Shown: positions 8,965 to 17,883, counted from the stretch's first letter. The stretch: DNA of 64,000 nt from an uncultured Clostridia bacterium (GCA_947631765.1 CANRMP010000012.1:248-64247), one strand, 5' to 3'. Notes: generated by a model not told the origin, from the letters alone. Made by a program: numbers and translations.

Positions 8965-11061
8965 TCAGTTAACGCTGAAAAGCAGGTCTCCGTATGTCGG
9001 GAAGGGCCAGTACTTCTTTGCGGTAAGCGTCTCCGCCTCGTCGCAGGGGAGTCTTAGCTCGCTCATTTTTACAAGCAGCTTGTCACGAATGGCGTTTGCC
9101 ATCTCCATAATATCGCCTATCGACTTAATCTCAACAAGCGCCTTTTCAAGCTCGTCTGTCTTTGTCGCTATGCACTCGACAAGGGTTGAAAGCTTGTTGA
9201 CAAGCCCGTTCTCATAAATGCAGGAGGGACGAAGGTCAAGCGATTTTTTTGCCGCCGCTGTCTTTGCAAGCTCTAAAATGTAAGCCTCAATGGCGGGAGC
9301 TATTTCGGTTCTTGCCATATCCACCATTGTGTTTGCTTCGATAATAACCGTCTTGCAGTAGTTTTCAAGCATTATTTCACAGCGGGATTTAAGCTCCGCC
9401 TCCGAGAACACGCCGTGGGATATAAGCATATCCGCGTTCTTTTTATCAAGAAGGTGAGGCATACAGTCGGGAGTCGTGCGGTAATTGAGCAGTCCTCTTT
9501 CCTCTGTCGCAACCTTTATCCATGACTCGTCATAGCCGTTTCCGTTAAAGATTACTCTCTTGTGATCCTTTATTGTCTTCTTGATAAGGGCGTGAAGCGC
9601 CTCCTCAAAGTTTTCTGCGCTCTCAAGCCTGTCGGCGTAGCTCTTAAGGCTCTCGGCAACAGCGCTGTTAAGCATGATATTGGCGCACGCTATGCTGTTT
9701 GAGGAGCCGAGCATACGGAACTCAAACTTGTTGCCCGTGAATGCAAAGGGAGAGGTGCGGTTGCGGTCGGTTGTATCTCTGTTGAACTTGGGAAGGACGT
9801 CAACGCCGAGCTTCATCTGAGTTTTTTCAGCCGCGCTGTACGGCTTGTCGTTCTCAATAGCGTCCAGAATTGCCGAAAGCTCATCGCCAAGGAACATTGA
9901 AACGACTGCGGGAGGCGCCTCGTTGGCTCCCAGACGGTGGTCGTTTCCTGCCGTTGCGACAGAAATACGGAGGAGATCCTGATATTCGTCAACCGCCTTT
10001 ATAACGGCGCAAAGGAAGAGCAGGAACTGAGCATTCTCATAAGGCGTGTCGCCGGGTGAAAGAAGGTTTACGCCCGTGTCGGTAGCTATCGACCAGTTGT
10101 TGTGCTTACCGCTTCCGTTGACGCCCGCAAAAGGCTTTTCGTGAAGCAGGCAAACAAGTCCGTGACGGGAGGCAACCTTCTGCATAATCTCCATTGTGAG
10201 CTGGTTGTGGTCTGTCGCTATATTTGTGGTGCTGTATATCGGGGCAAGCTCGTGCTGAGCGGGCGCCACCTCGTTATGCTCGGTTTTTGCAAGTATTCCG
10301 AGCTTCCAAAGCTCCTCGTTGAGCTCCTGCATGTACGCCTCGACTCTCGGCTTAATAACTCCGAAATAGTGGTCGTCCATTTCCTGACCCTTCGGAGGCT
10401 TTGCACCAAACAGGGTTCTGCCGGTAAAGCGAAGGTCACGTCTTTTTTCATAAAGCGCTCTGTCAATAAGGAAATATTCCTGCTCGGGTCCTACCGAGGT
10501 GCGAACGCACTTTACGCTGTCGTTTCCGAAAAGCTTAAGTATTCTCATTGCCTGACGGTTGAGCGCCTCCATAGAACGAAGAAGAGGGGTCTTCTTGTCA
10601 AGCGCCTCGCCTCCGTATGAGCAAAACGCCGTCGGGATGCAAAGTGTTTTTCCTTTAATAAAGGCGTATGAGGTGGGGTCCCAAGCGGTATATCCTCTTG
10701 CCTCAAAGGTTGCCCGAAGTCCGCCCGAGGGGAATGAGGAAGCGTCAGGCTCGCCCTTTATAAGCTCCTTGCCCGAGAACTCCATTATAACTCCTCCGTC
10801 GGGAGAGGGCGAAATAAAGCCGTCGTGCTTTTCCGCCGTCACACCTGTAAGCGGCTGAAACCAATGCGTGTAATGCGTTGCGCCGTGAGCGACTGCCCAA
10901 TCCTTCATAGCGTTTGCCACGGCGTTTGCAACTCCGAGGTCAAGCTGTGTGCCTTCGTCGATTGTCTTTTTAAGCGACTGGTATACCTTTGCCGAAAGTG
11001 TAGCCTTCATCACTCTGTCGTCAAAAACCATGCTTCCAAAATACTCTGATACTGTTCCCAT
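8965..11061 (-). CDS. glnN: glutamine synthetase type III
   Basis: 698 aa, the size of GS-III. The N-terminus [15 protein letters not shown]...[12 protein letters not shown] is typical of GS-III; also [13 protein letters not shown] and [10 protein letters not shown]. Confidence 0.92.
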   Translation of the reverse strand: MGTVSEYFGSMVFDDRVMKATLSAKVYQSLKKTIDEGTQLDLGVANAVANAMKDWAVAHGATHYTHWFQPLTGVTAEKHDGFISPSPDGGVIMEFSGKELIKGEPDASSFPSGGLRATFEARGYTAWDPTSYAFIKGKTLCIPTAFCSYGGEALDKKTPLLRSMEALNRQAMRILKLFGNDSVKCVRTSVGPEQEYFLIDRALYEKRRDLRFTGRTLFGAKPPKGQEMDDHYFGVIKPRVEAYMQELNEELWKLGILAKTEHNEVAPAQHELAPIYSTTNIATDHNQLTMEIMQKVASRHGLVCLLHEKPFAGVNGSGKHNNWSIATDTGVNLLSPGDTPYENAQFLLFLCAVIKAVDEYQDLLRISVATAGNDHRLGANEAPPAVVSMFLGDELSAILDAIENDKPYSAAEKTQMKLGVDVLPKFNRDTTDRNRTSPFAFTGNKFEFRMLGSSNSIACANIMLNSAVAESLKSYADRLESAENFEEALHALIKKTIKDHKRVIFNGNGYDESWIKVATEERGLLNYRTTPDCMPHLLDKKNADMLISHGVFSEAELKSRCEIMLENYCKTVIIEANTMVDMARTEIAPAIEAYILELAKTAAAKKSLDLRPSCIYENGLVNKLSTLVECIATKTDELEKALVEIKSIGDIMEMANAIRDKLLVKMSELRLPCDEAETLTAKKYWPFPTYGDLLFSVN

Positions 11062-11200
11062 GATTTAATCTCCTTTTGTTTGTGTTATAAATGAAAAGGC
11101 AAGGGTGCCTTGTAATTAAGACGCCCTTGCCTTTAGTTACATATTTAGTTAAAATCGCTTTGCTTACATTATATGTACGCCGCAATAAAACGGTCAGCGC

Positions 11201-11255
11201 TTTAAAATAAAAATTCGCCCCGCAAGAAACTCTTCTTGCAGGACGCCTTTGCCCT
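11201..11255 (-). promoter_or_regulatory. glnN leader switch: AAAGGC-hexaloop hairpin overlapping an intrinsic terminator
   Basis: Minus strand AGGGC-AAAGGC-GTCCT (11255..11240). Terminator CGTCCTGCAAGAA-GAGT-TTCTTGCGGGGCG (11245..11216) plus AATTTTTATTTT (11215..11204). The two structures share GTCCT. Confidence 0.7.
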
Positions 11256-11265
11256 AACGCTATGC

Positions 11266-11294
11266 ATTATACACCCGAATTTTCAGATTGTCAA
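11266..11294 (-). promoter_or_regulatory. sigma-A-type promoter of the glnN-amt operon
   Basis: Minus strand TTGACA (11294..11289), 17 nt, TATAAT (11271..11266). Exact consensus. Confidence 0.75.
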
Positions 11295-11376
11295 TAGGTT
11301 TTTGAAAAAATTTTTTATTTTTTGTTTTGGAAAATAATGAGAAATGCCGAAAATCCGATTATTTGCAAAATAGCTA

Positions 11377-11405
11377 TTGACAAATGGAGGTTTGTCGTGT
11401 ATAAT
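11377..11405 (+). promoter_or_regulatory. sigma-A-type promoter of the glutamate synthase operon
   Basis: TTGACA (11377..11382), 17 nt, TATAAT (11400..11405). Exact consensus, divergent from the glnN promoter. Confidence 0.75.
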
Positions 11406-11414
11406 GATACGAAG

Positions 11415-11477
11415 ATGAGCAAAGGCGTTCATTTGAGAGCAGATTTTTCTGCCTTGAATGTACGTCTTTGCTTTTTT
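11415..11477 (+). promoter_or_regulatory. glt leader switch: AAAGGC-hexaloop hairpin versus long intrinsic terminator
   Basis: ATGAGC-AAAGGC-GTTCAT (11415..11432). Alternatively GCAAAGGCGT (11419..11428) pairs with ACGTCTTTGC (11462..11471) at the base of a ~24-bp helix followed by TTTTTT (11472..11477). RBS GAAAGGAAGG, then ATG at 11504. Confidence 0.7.
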
Positions 11478-11503
11478 CATATTGAAAGGAAGGCAGAGCA
11501 ATT

Positions 11504-12586
11504 ATGGAAAAAGAAGGTCAGGTGAGGATCCCTTCGGGCTGCGCCATTGCGGCGCTTATTTCAAGAGAGGGAAAGAGAATCCCGGGAAATATAATAAGCG
11601 AAGCCATGAAACCGATGCACGATCGCTCAAACGGGCTGGGCGGCGGATTTGCCGCATACGGCATATATCCCGAATACAAGGATTTTTACGCCCTTCACAT
11701 GTTTTTTGACGAGAGAGCCACAAGAAAAAACTGTGAGCAGTTTTTAAAGGAAAGATTTGAAATCGTAAAATCCGAGATAATTCCGACAAGAAAGATAGCG
11801 GCGATAACCGACGAGCCTATAATATGGAGGTATTTTGTGGCGCCGCTTAAATCGGTGCTTCTCTCCTTACAGCTTGACGAGAAGGAGTTTGTGGCGCGCA
11901 CGGTCATGAAGATAAACACCGAAATGGAGGGAGCCTACGTATTCTCCAGCGGAAAGAACATGGGAACCTTCAAGGCGGTGGGCTTTCCCGAGGACGTCGG
12001 CGTTTTCTACAAGCTTGAAGAGTATCTCGGCTACAGCTGGACCTCACACGGTCGCTATCCCACAAACACCCCGGGATGGTGGGGAGGCGCTCACCCGTTC
12101 ACCCTGCTTGACTATTCGGTGGTGCACAACGGCGAGATATCCTCATATGACGCAAACCGTCGCTTTATTGAGATGTTCGGATATAAGTGTACGCTTAAAA
12201 CCGATACCGAGGTCATTACGTACATTATGGATTATTTACTCAGAGTTCAGCATCTCACCCTCTCCGAGACGGCGTCTGTTATTGCCGCTCCCTTCTGGAG
12301 CACAATAGAGGGCAAGGATGAACAGGAGCGGGAGAAGCTTTCATTCCTTCGCACCGTCTTCCCCAGTCTGCTCATTACCGGTCCCTTCTCGATAGTGCTC
12401 GGCTTTGACGGCGGACTTATGGCGCTCAACGACCGCTTGAAGCTACGCTCGATGGTGGTCGGAGAAAAGGACGATATGGTATACATTGCAAGCGAGGAAG
12501 CGGCAATACGCGTCATGGAGCCTGATGTTCAAAACATATACGCCCCCGCCGGCGGAGAGCCTGTAATAGTTAAGGTAAAGGAGTGA
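11504..12586 (+). CDS. glutamate synthase domain 1 as a stand-alone protein (class-II glutamine amidotransferase)
   Basis: 360 aa. Ntn-type Cys in IPSGCAIAAL, GHGRYPTNTPG-like SHGRYPTNTPGWWGGAHPF, and VVHNGEISSY. First gene of a split archaeal-type GltS operon. Confidence 0.85.
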   Translation: MEKEGQVRIPSGCAIAALISREGKRIPGNIISEAMKPMHDRSNGLGGGFAAYGIYPEYKDFYALHMFFDERATRKNCEQFLKERFEIVKSEIIPTRKIAAITDEPIIWRYFVAPLKSVLLSLQLDEKEFVARTVMKINTEMEGAYVFSSGKNMGTFKAVGFPEDVGVFYKLEEYLGYSWTSHGRYPTNTPGWWGGAHPFTLLDYSVVHNGEISSYDANRRFIEMFGYKCTLKTDTEVITYIMDYLLRVQHLTLSETASVIAAPFWSTIEGKDEQEREKLSFLRTVFPSLLITGPFSIVLGFDGGLMALNDRLKLRSMVVGEKDDMVYIASEEAAIRVMEPDVQNIYAPAGGEPVIVKVKE

Positions 12587-12593
12587 GCAATTA

Positions 12594-14099
12594 ATGTCGG
12601 ACATTTACATATATCCCGAATTTGAAGTTATAAGAAATCCGTCGCGCTGTATATGCTGTCGAGTTTGCGAGCGGCAGTGCGCAAATAAAGTGCATATTTA
12701 CGAAAAAGAGAGCAAAATGATGCTTTCCGACGAAAGCAAATGCGTCAATTGTCAGCGCTGTGTTTCGCTCTGCCCCACGCACGCGCTTAAAATCGTGAAA
12801 AGCGACTGCCGTCTGCGCGAGAATGCCAACTGGCAGGACGATACGATAAAGGAAATATACAAGCAGGCAAACAGCGGCGGCGTGCTTCTCTCCTCGATGG
12901 GAAACCCGAAGCCCCTGCCCGTCTACTGGGACAGGATATTAATTAACGCGTCGCAGGTGACAAACCCGCCTATCGACCCTTTGAGAGAGCCTATGGAGAC
13001 AAGGGTTTTTCTCGGTAAAAAGCCGGAAAAAATCACAAGGGATGAAAACGGCAAGCTTGTAACAAAGCTCCCTCCACAGCTTCATCTTTCAATGCCCGTA
13101 ATGTTTTCCGCAATGAGCTACGGCTCGATAAGCTACAACGCGCATGAAAGCCTTGCAAGGGCGGCAAGCGAGCTTGGAATATACTACAACACCGGAGAGG
13201 GCGGACTGCACGAGGACTTTTACTGCTACGGTGACAACACAATAGTTCAAGTAGCCTCGGGACGTTTCGGAGTTCATAAAAAATATCTTGACGCCGGTGC
13301 GGCGATAGAGATTAAAATGGGACAGGGCGCCAAGCCGGGAATCGGCGGTCACCTTCCGGGCGCTAAAATCGTCGGCGACGTTTCGCGCACACGAATGATT
13401 CCCGAAGGCTCTGACGCCATATCGCCTGCCCCTCACCACGACATATATTCAATAGAAGATTTAAGACAGCTTGTCTTTTCATTAAAGGAAGCGACAGGAT
13501 ACAAAAAGCCTGTTATAGTCAAGGTTGCGGCGGTTCACAACATCGCGGCAATTGCCAGCGGAATTGCGCGAAGCGGAGCCGACATAATCGCCATTGACGG
13601 CTTCAGGGGAGGTACCGGAGCCGCTCCCACAAGGATTCGTGACAATGTGGGAATACCGATAGAGCTTGCCCTTGCCGCGGTTGACCAAAGACTGCGCGAT
13701 GAGGGAATAAGAAACAACGTCTCGCTTGTCGCCGGAGGAAGCATCAGAAGCGCCGCCGACGTTATTAAGGCGGTAGCTCTCGGCGCGGACGCCTGCTATA
13801 TTGCAACCGCGGCGGTTATAGCTCTCGGATGTCATCTCTGCCGCACCTGCCAGAGCGGCAAGTGCAACTGGGGAATTGCAACTCAGAATCCGGAGCTTGT
13901 AAAACGCCTCAATCCCGACATCGGAAGCCGCCGGCTTGTAAATCTCATGACCGCTTGGAGGCATGAAATCATGGAGCTTATGGGCGGAATGGGTATAAAC
14001 TCGATAGAAAGCCTTCGCGGCAACCGTCTCATGCTTCGCGGAGTCGGACTTACCGACAGAGAGCTTTCGATACTCGGCATAGCTCACGCCGGCGAATAA
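12594..14099 (+). CDS. glutamate synthase FMN-binding domain protein with N-terminal 2x[4Fe-4S] ferredoxin module
   Basis: 501 aa. CxxCxxCxxxC motifs (CICCRVCERQC, CVNCQRCVSLCP), then the GltS_FMN core QVASGRFGV...KMGQGAKPGIGGHLPG...ISPAPHHDIYSIEDL...GFRGGTGAAP. Confidence 0.88.
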   Translation: MSDIYIYPEFEVIRNPSRCICCRVCERQCANKVHIYEKESKMMLSDESKCVNCQRCVSLCPTHALKIVKSDCRLRENANWQDDTIKEIYKQANSGGVLLSSMGNPKPLPVYWDRILINASQVTNPPIDPLREPMETRVFLGKKPEKITRDENGKLVTKLPPQLHLSMPVMFSAMSYGSISYNAHESLARAASELGIYYNTGEGGLHEDFYCYGDNTIVQVASGRFGVHKKYLDAGAAIEIKMGQGAKPGIGGHLPGAKIVGDVSRTRMIPEGSDAISPAPHHDIYSIEDLRQLVFSLKEATGYKKPVIVKVAAVHNIAAIASGIARSGADIIAIDGFRGGTGAAPTRIRDNVGIPIELALAAVDQRLRDEGIRNNVSLVAGGSIRSAADVIKAVALGADACYIATAAVIALGCHLCRTCQSGKCNWGIATQNPELVKRLNPDIGSRRLVNLMTAWRHEIMELMGGMGINSIESLRGNRLMLRGVGLTDRELSILGIAHAGE

Positions 14100-14161
14100 G
14101 GCGAGCCGCACGCGTCCAAATAAGCTTCGTTTATAAGATTAACGAAAGGTATAGTCATAAA

Positions 14162-14590
14162 ATGAAAAGAGTTTATGTAAACGAAAAATGGTGTCTCGGA
14201 TGTCACCTTTGCGAATATAACTGCGCCTTTGCAAATTCGGGAAAAATTGACATGGCGCTTGCCCTGAAAGATAAACCAATATATCCGAGAATACACATCG
14301 ACGGGGACGAAAAGGTGCCCTTTGCCATCTCCTGCCGTCACTGCACCGACCCGATTTGCGTAAAAAGCTGTATTTCGGGGGCGCTCAAATCAAAGGACGG
14401 CGTTATTACCGTCGATAAAGAGCGCTGTGTGGGCTGTCTTACCTGTATTCTCGTCTGCCCTTACGGCGCGCTTACCGAAGGAAATGACGGTGTGGCGACA
14501 AAATGCGAGCTTTGCATTGAAAACTCCTGTGAGAGTCCCGCCTGCGCCGCGGGCTGTCCCAACGGGGCAATTGTTTATGAGGAAAGGTGA
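14162..14590 (+). CDS. 4Fe-4S dicluster ferredoxin-domain protein
   Basis: 142 aa, Cys-rich, with CLGCHLCEYNC, CVGCLTCILVCP and CELCIENSC...CAAGCP. Confidence 0.8.
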   Translation: MKRVYVNEKWCLGCHLCEYNCAFANSGKIDMALALKDKPIYPRIHIDGDEKVPFAISCRHCTDPICVKSCISGALKSKDGVITVDKERCVGCLTCILVCPYGALTEGNDGVATKCELCIENSCESPACAAGCPNGAIVYEER

Positions 14591-14595
14591 ACAAA

Positions 14596-15843
14596 ATGTC
14601 AGAATACGTTATAATAGGCAACGGCGCCGCCGCGGCGGGCTGTATTGAAGGAATACGCAGTGTTGACAGAAAAACTCCGATAACCGTTATATCAAAGGAA
14701 AACCGTCCGGCGTACTGCCGTCCTCTTATTTCCTATTACCTTGAAGGAAAAGCCGTACCCGAAAGAATAGGCTACCGTGAGGCGGATTTTTACCAAAAGA
14801 ACGCCTGCAACGTACTCTACGGCAAAAGCGCCCTCTCTGTTGACGGCGAAAAAAAGTACGTCACCCTTGACAGCGGGGAGACCCTGCCCTACACCGCTTT
14901 GTGCATTGCCGCCGGCTCCTCTCCCATAATGCTCCCGATAGCGGGAATTGAGAAGGTAAAAAAGCTTTTTACCTTCATGACGCTTGACGACGCTACTGCA
15001 ATAAAGGAGGCTGTCGGCAAAGAAAGCCGCGTTCTCATAATAGGCGCGGGACTTATCGGCTTAAAGTGCGCCGAGGGACTTTGCGAAAGTGTGAAAAGCA
15101 TTGCGGTTTGCGATCTTGCCGCACGTGTGCTTTCAAGCATACTTGACGATGAGTGCGCAGCTCTTATGCAAAAAAAGCTTGAGGAACACAATGCGAGCTT
15201 TATGCTCGGCGACACTGTCGAAGGCTTTGAAGAAAACGAGGCTTTGATGAGAAGCGGCAAAAAAGTAGGCTTTGATATTGTCATAATGGCAGCCGGAGTG
15301 CGCCCGAACACCTCTGCCGCAAAGACGGCCGGAGCCGAGGTAAATCGCGGAATTATCGTAAACGACAGAATGGAAAGCACAGTCAGGGGTATATATGCCG
15401 CGGGAGACTGCGCAGAAGGAATGGACATATCGCTTGGCGCGCGCCGCGTGCTTGCCATTCTCCCAAACGCCTATATGCAGGGCTATTGCGCCGGTGTGAA
15501 TATGGCGGGCGGGGAGTATGTGTTTGACAAGGGCATTCCGATGAACGCCATCGGCTTTTTCGGGCTCCACGCTCTGAGCGCCGGAAGCTATTTTACAAAG
15601 GAGCAAGGCGGAGAAATATACGAGGAAAGGTCGGAAGGCAAAATCAGGCGGCTTTTCACAAAAGACAACCGACTTTGCGGATTTATGTTCATCGGAGACA
15701 CAGATAAAATAGGAATTTACACCTCTCTTATCCGCGACAGGGTGCCTCTTGACACAATAAATTTTGATCTGCTGAAAAAAAGTGCAACTTTTGCAGCTTT
15801 TTCTCCCGAAATACGTGGAAAAAAATTCGGAGGTGTGGTATAA
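14596..15843 (+). CDS. NAD(P)/FAD-dependent pyridine-nucleotide oxidoreductase (probable electron-input subunit)
   Basis: ORF track starts at GTG 14587. ATG 14596 has GAGGAAAGG upstream. Two Rossmann motifs, IIGNGAAAAGC and IIGAGLIGLKCAE, plus AAGDCAE. Confidence 0.8.
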   Translation: MSEYVIIGNGAAAAGCIEGIRSVDRKTPITVISKENRPAYCRPLISYYLEGKAVPERIGYREADFYQKNACNVLYGKSALSVDGEKKYVTLDSGETLPYTALCIAAGSSPIMLPIAGIEKVKKLFTFMTLDDATAIKEAVGKESRVLIIGAGLIGLKCAEGLCESVKSIAVCDLAARVLSSILDDECAALMQKKLEEHNASFMLGDTVEGFEENEALMRSGKKVGFDIVIMAAGVRPNTSAAKTAGAEVNRGIIVNDRMESTVRGIYAAGDCAEGMDISLGARRVLAILPNAYMQGYCAGVNMAGGEYVFDKGIPMNAIGFFGLHALSAGSYFTKEQGGEIYEERSEGKIRRLFTKDNRLCGFMFIGDTDKIGIYTSLIRDRVPLDTINFDLLKKSATFAAFSPEIRGKKFGGVV

Positions 15844-16565
15844 TGACAGTAATAGACGCCGCAGGGCTCGATTACAAGGAGCTTAACGACCTTATAAGAG
15901 AGGGCAAGGAAGACATAACGCTTATAAACTGCCTCGGGCAAAGGTTTATCGCCTCGGGCGCAGAAAAGCTCCATCTTGTTATAAAGGGCATACCCGGCAA
16001 TGCGCTCGGCGCTTATCTTGACGGCGCCGTGATAGACGTCCTCGGCAACGCTCAGGACGCCGTGGGCGACACCATGAACGACGGAGCTATAGTAATTCAC
16101 GGAAATATCGGAGACGCCGCGGGATACGCCATGAGGGGCGGAAAAATATTTGTGAAAAACAACGCCGGATACCGCGCCGGCATACACATGAAGGCGTATA
16201 AAGATAAGGTTCCCGTTATGGTCATCGGAGGGTGCGCGGGAAGCTTTCTCGGAGAGTATCAGGCGGGAGGAAAAATCGCCGTTTTGGGGCTTGAGAGCAA
16301 CGGAAAAAAGATTGTCGGAAACTTTCCCTGCACCGGTATGCACGGCGGTATGATGTTTCTGCGCGGCAAATGCGAAGGTGTAGCCTTTCCGGCAAAAGTG
16401 CATGTCAAAACCGCCTCCGATTCCGACATCAGCGAGATATACAATGAAATACACGAGTTTTGCACGCTCTTTGAAAAGGACGAAAAGGAAATTATCTCCT
16501 CTCCTTTTACATTAATAACACCCGATACAAAAAATCCGTACAAGCAGATGTACGTTGCAAATTAA
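15843..16565 (+). CDS. glutamate synthase C-terminal GXGXG-domain protein
   Basis: 240 aa. Repeated G-x-G beta-helix motifs (GIPGNALGAYLDG, GNAQDAVGDTMNDG, GNIGDAAGYAMRGG, NNAGYRAG, GGCAGSFLGEYQAGG). Start overlaps the upstream stop (TAATG). Confidence 0.85.
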   Translation: MTVIDAAGLDYKELNDLIREGKEDITLINCLGQRFIASGAEKLHLVIKGIPGNALGAYLDGAVIDVLGNAQDAVGDTMNDGAIVIHGNIGDAAGYAMRGGKIFVKNNAGYRAGIHMKAYKDKVPVMVIGGCAGSFLGEYQAGGKIAVLGLESNGKKIVGNFPCTGMHGGMMFLRGKCEGVAFPAKVHVKTASDSDISEIYNEIHEFCTLFEKDEKEIISSPFTLITPDTKNPYKQMYVAN

Positions 16566-16614
16566 ATTACAGCGAAAGGAAAGCCTTTAAAGCCACGAAG
16601 GCACGGTAAATAAG

Positions 16615-17841
16615 ATGAAATACTCGGCACAGGAGGTCATGCAGTTTGTCAGCGAGGAGGACGTTAAGTTCATCCGTCTCGCCTTCTGCGATGTATACGG
16701 CGTCCAAAAGAACATATCGATAATGCCCGGAGAGCTGTCCCGCGCCTTTGAACAAGGTATCGCCTTCGACGCCTCGGCAATCGGGAGCTTGGGTACTTTA
16801 AAAACGGGCGACCTTTTTATCCGTCCCGACCCTTCCACTCTCTCAGTCCTTCCTTGGCGCCCCGACCACGGAAGAGTGGTGCGCCTTTTCGGCAGTATTA
16901 CCTATCCCGACGGCAGACCCTTTGAAAATGACACGAGAGGACTGCTTATAAAAGCGGTTAAGGATGCCGAAAAGGAAGGAATTCAGTTCAATATCGGGGC
17001 TGAGACCGAATTTTATCTTTTCAGGCTTGATGAAAACGGAGCAAACACAAGCATTCCCTATGACGAGGCGGGATATATGGATATCGCCCCCGAGGACAGA
17101 GGGGAAAACGTGCGGCGTGAGATCTGCCTTACCTTGGAGCAGATGGGTATACGCCCCGAAAGCTCTTACCATGAAGCGGGACCCGGACAAAACGAAATAG
17201 ATTTCTGCTATTCAGACCCTCTTTCAGCCGCCGACAACGCCACAACCTTCCGAACAGTTGTCAAAACCGTGGCTCACCGCAACGGTCTGTGGGCTGATTT
17301 TTCGCCAAGACCTCTTGAGGGAAAGCCCGGAAACGGCTTTTATATCAATATTTCCGCCAAGGATGCAAACGGCAGGGCAAGAGACGATCTTCTGCCCCAT
17401 ATCATAGCGGGGCTTATCGAAAAAACCCCCGATATTACCGTTTTTCTCAATCCAACAAAAAATTCCTACAGCCGTTTCGGAAAATTCAACGCCCCCTCCT
17501 GCATTTCCTGGGCGTATGAAAACCGCTCTCAGCTTATACGCGTTCCTGCCGCCTCGGGCAATTACCGCCGCGCACAGCTTCGCTCCTCCGACCCGACGGC
17601 AAACCCGTATCTTGCCTTGGCGCTTGTAATATACTCCGCGCTCTACGGAATAAAAAACAAAACAAATCCCCCTTTTCCTTGCGAGACGGATTTATGCCAA
17701 GCAGAGGTAAAGGACGGTGCGCCTTTAAAAAAGCTCCCGTCTTCGCTTGAAGAGGCAAGCGAAATTGCGCAAAAGAGCGATTTTATAAAAAAATGCCTGC
17801 CGGACAGTCTTGCACAGAAATACTTTGTCCGCGCAAAATAA
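16615..17841 (+). CDS. glutamine synthetase type-I-like protein with substituted catalytic residues (probable pseudoenzyme or sensor)
   Basis: 408 aa. Clear GS-I fold (FIRLAFCDVYG, GAETEFYLF, SYHEAGPGQNEIDF, NRSQLIRVP, DPTANPYLALA). However it has PGNGFYINIS in place of NGSGMH.N.S, KFNAP in place of GYEAP, and RRAQLRS in place of R.E.RS. Confidence 0.8.
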   Translation: MKYSAQEVMQFVSEEDVKFIRLAFCDVYGVQKNISIMPGELSRAFEQGIAFDASAIGSLGTLKTGDLFIRPDPSTLSVLPWRPDHGRVVRLFGSITYPDGRPFENDTRGLLIKAVKDAEKEGIQFNIGAETEFYLFRLDENGANTSIPYDEAGYMDIAPEDRGENVRREICLTLEQMGIRPESSYHEAGPGQNEIDFCYSDPLSAADNATTFRTVVKTVAHRNGLWADFSPRPLEGKPGNGFYINISAKDANGRARDDLLPHIIAGLIEKTPDITVFLNPTKNSYSRFGKFNAPSCISWAYENRSQLIRVPAASGNYRRAQLRSSDPTANPYLALALVIYSALYGIKNKTNPPFPCETDLCQAEVKDGAPLKKLPSSLEEASEIAQKSDFIKKCLPDSLAQKYFVRAK

Positions 17842-17883
17842 TCCCGCATCATAAAATACAAATAAGCAGAAGGAGGGCGGCAA

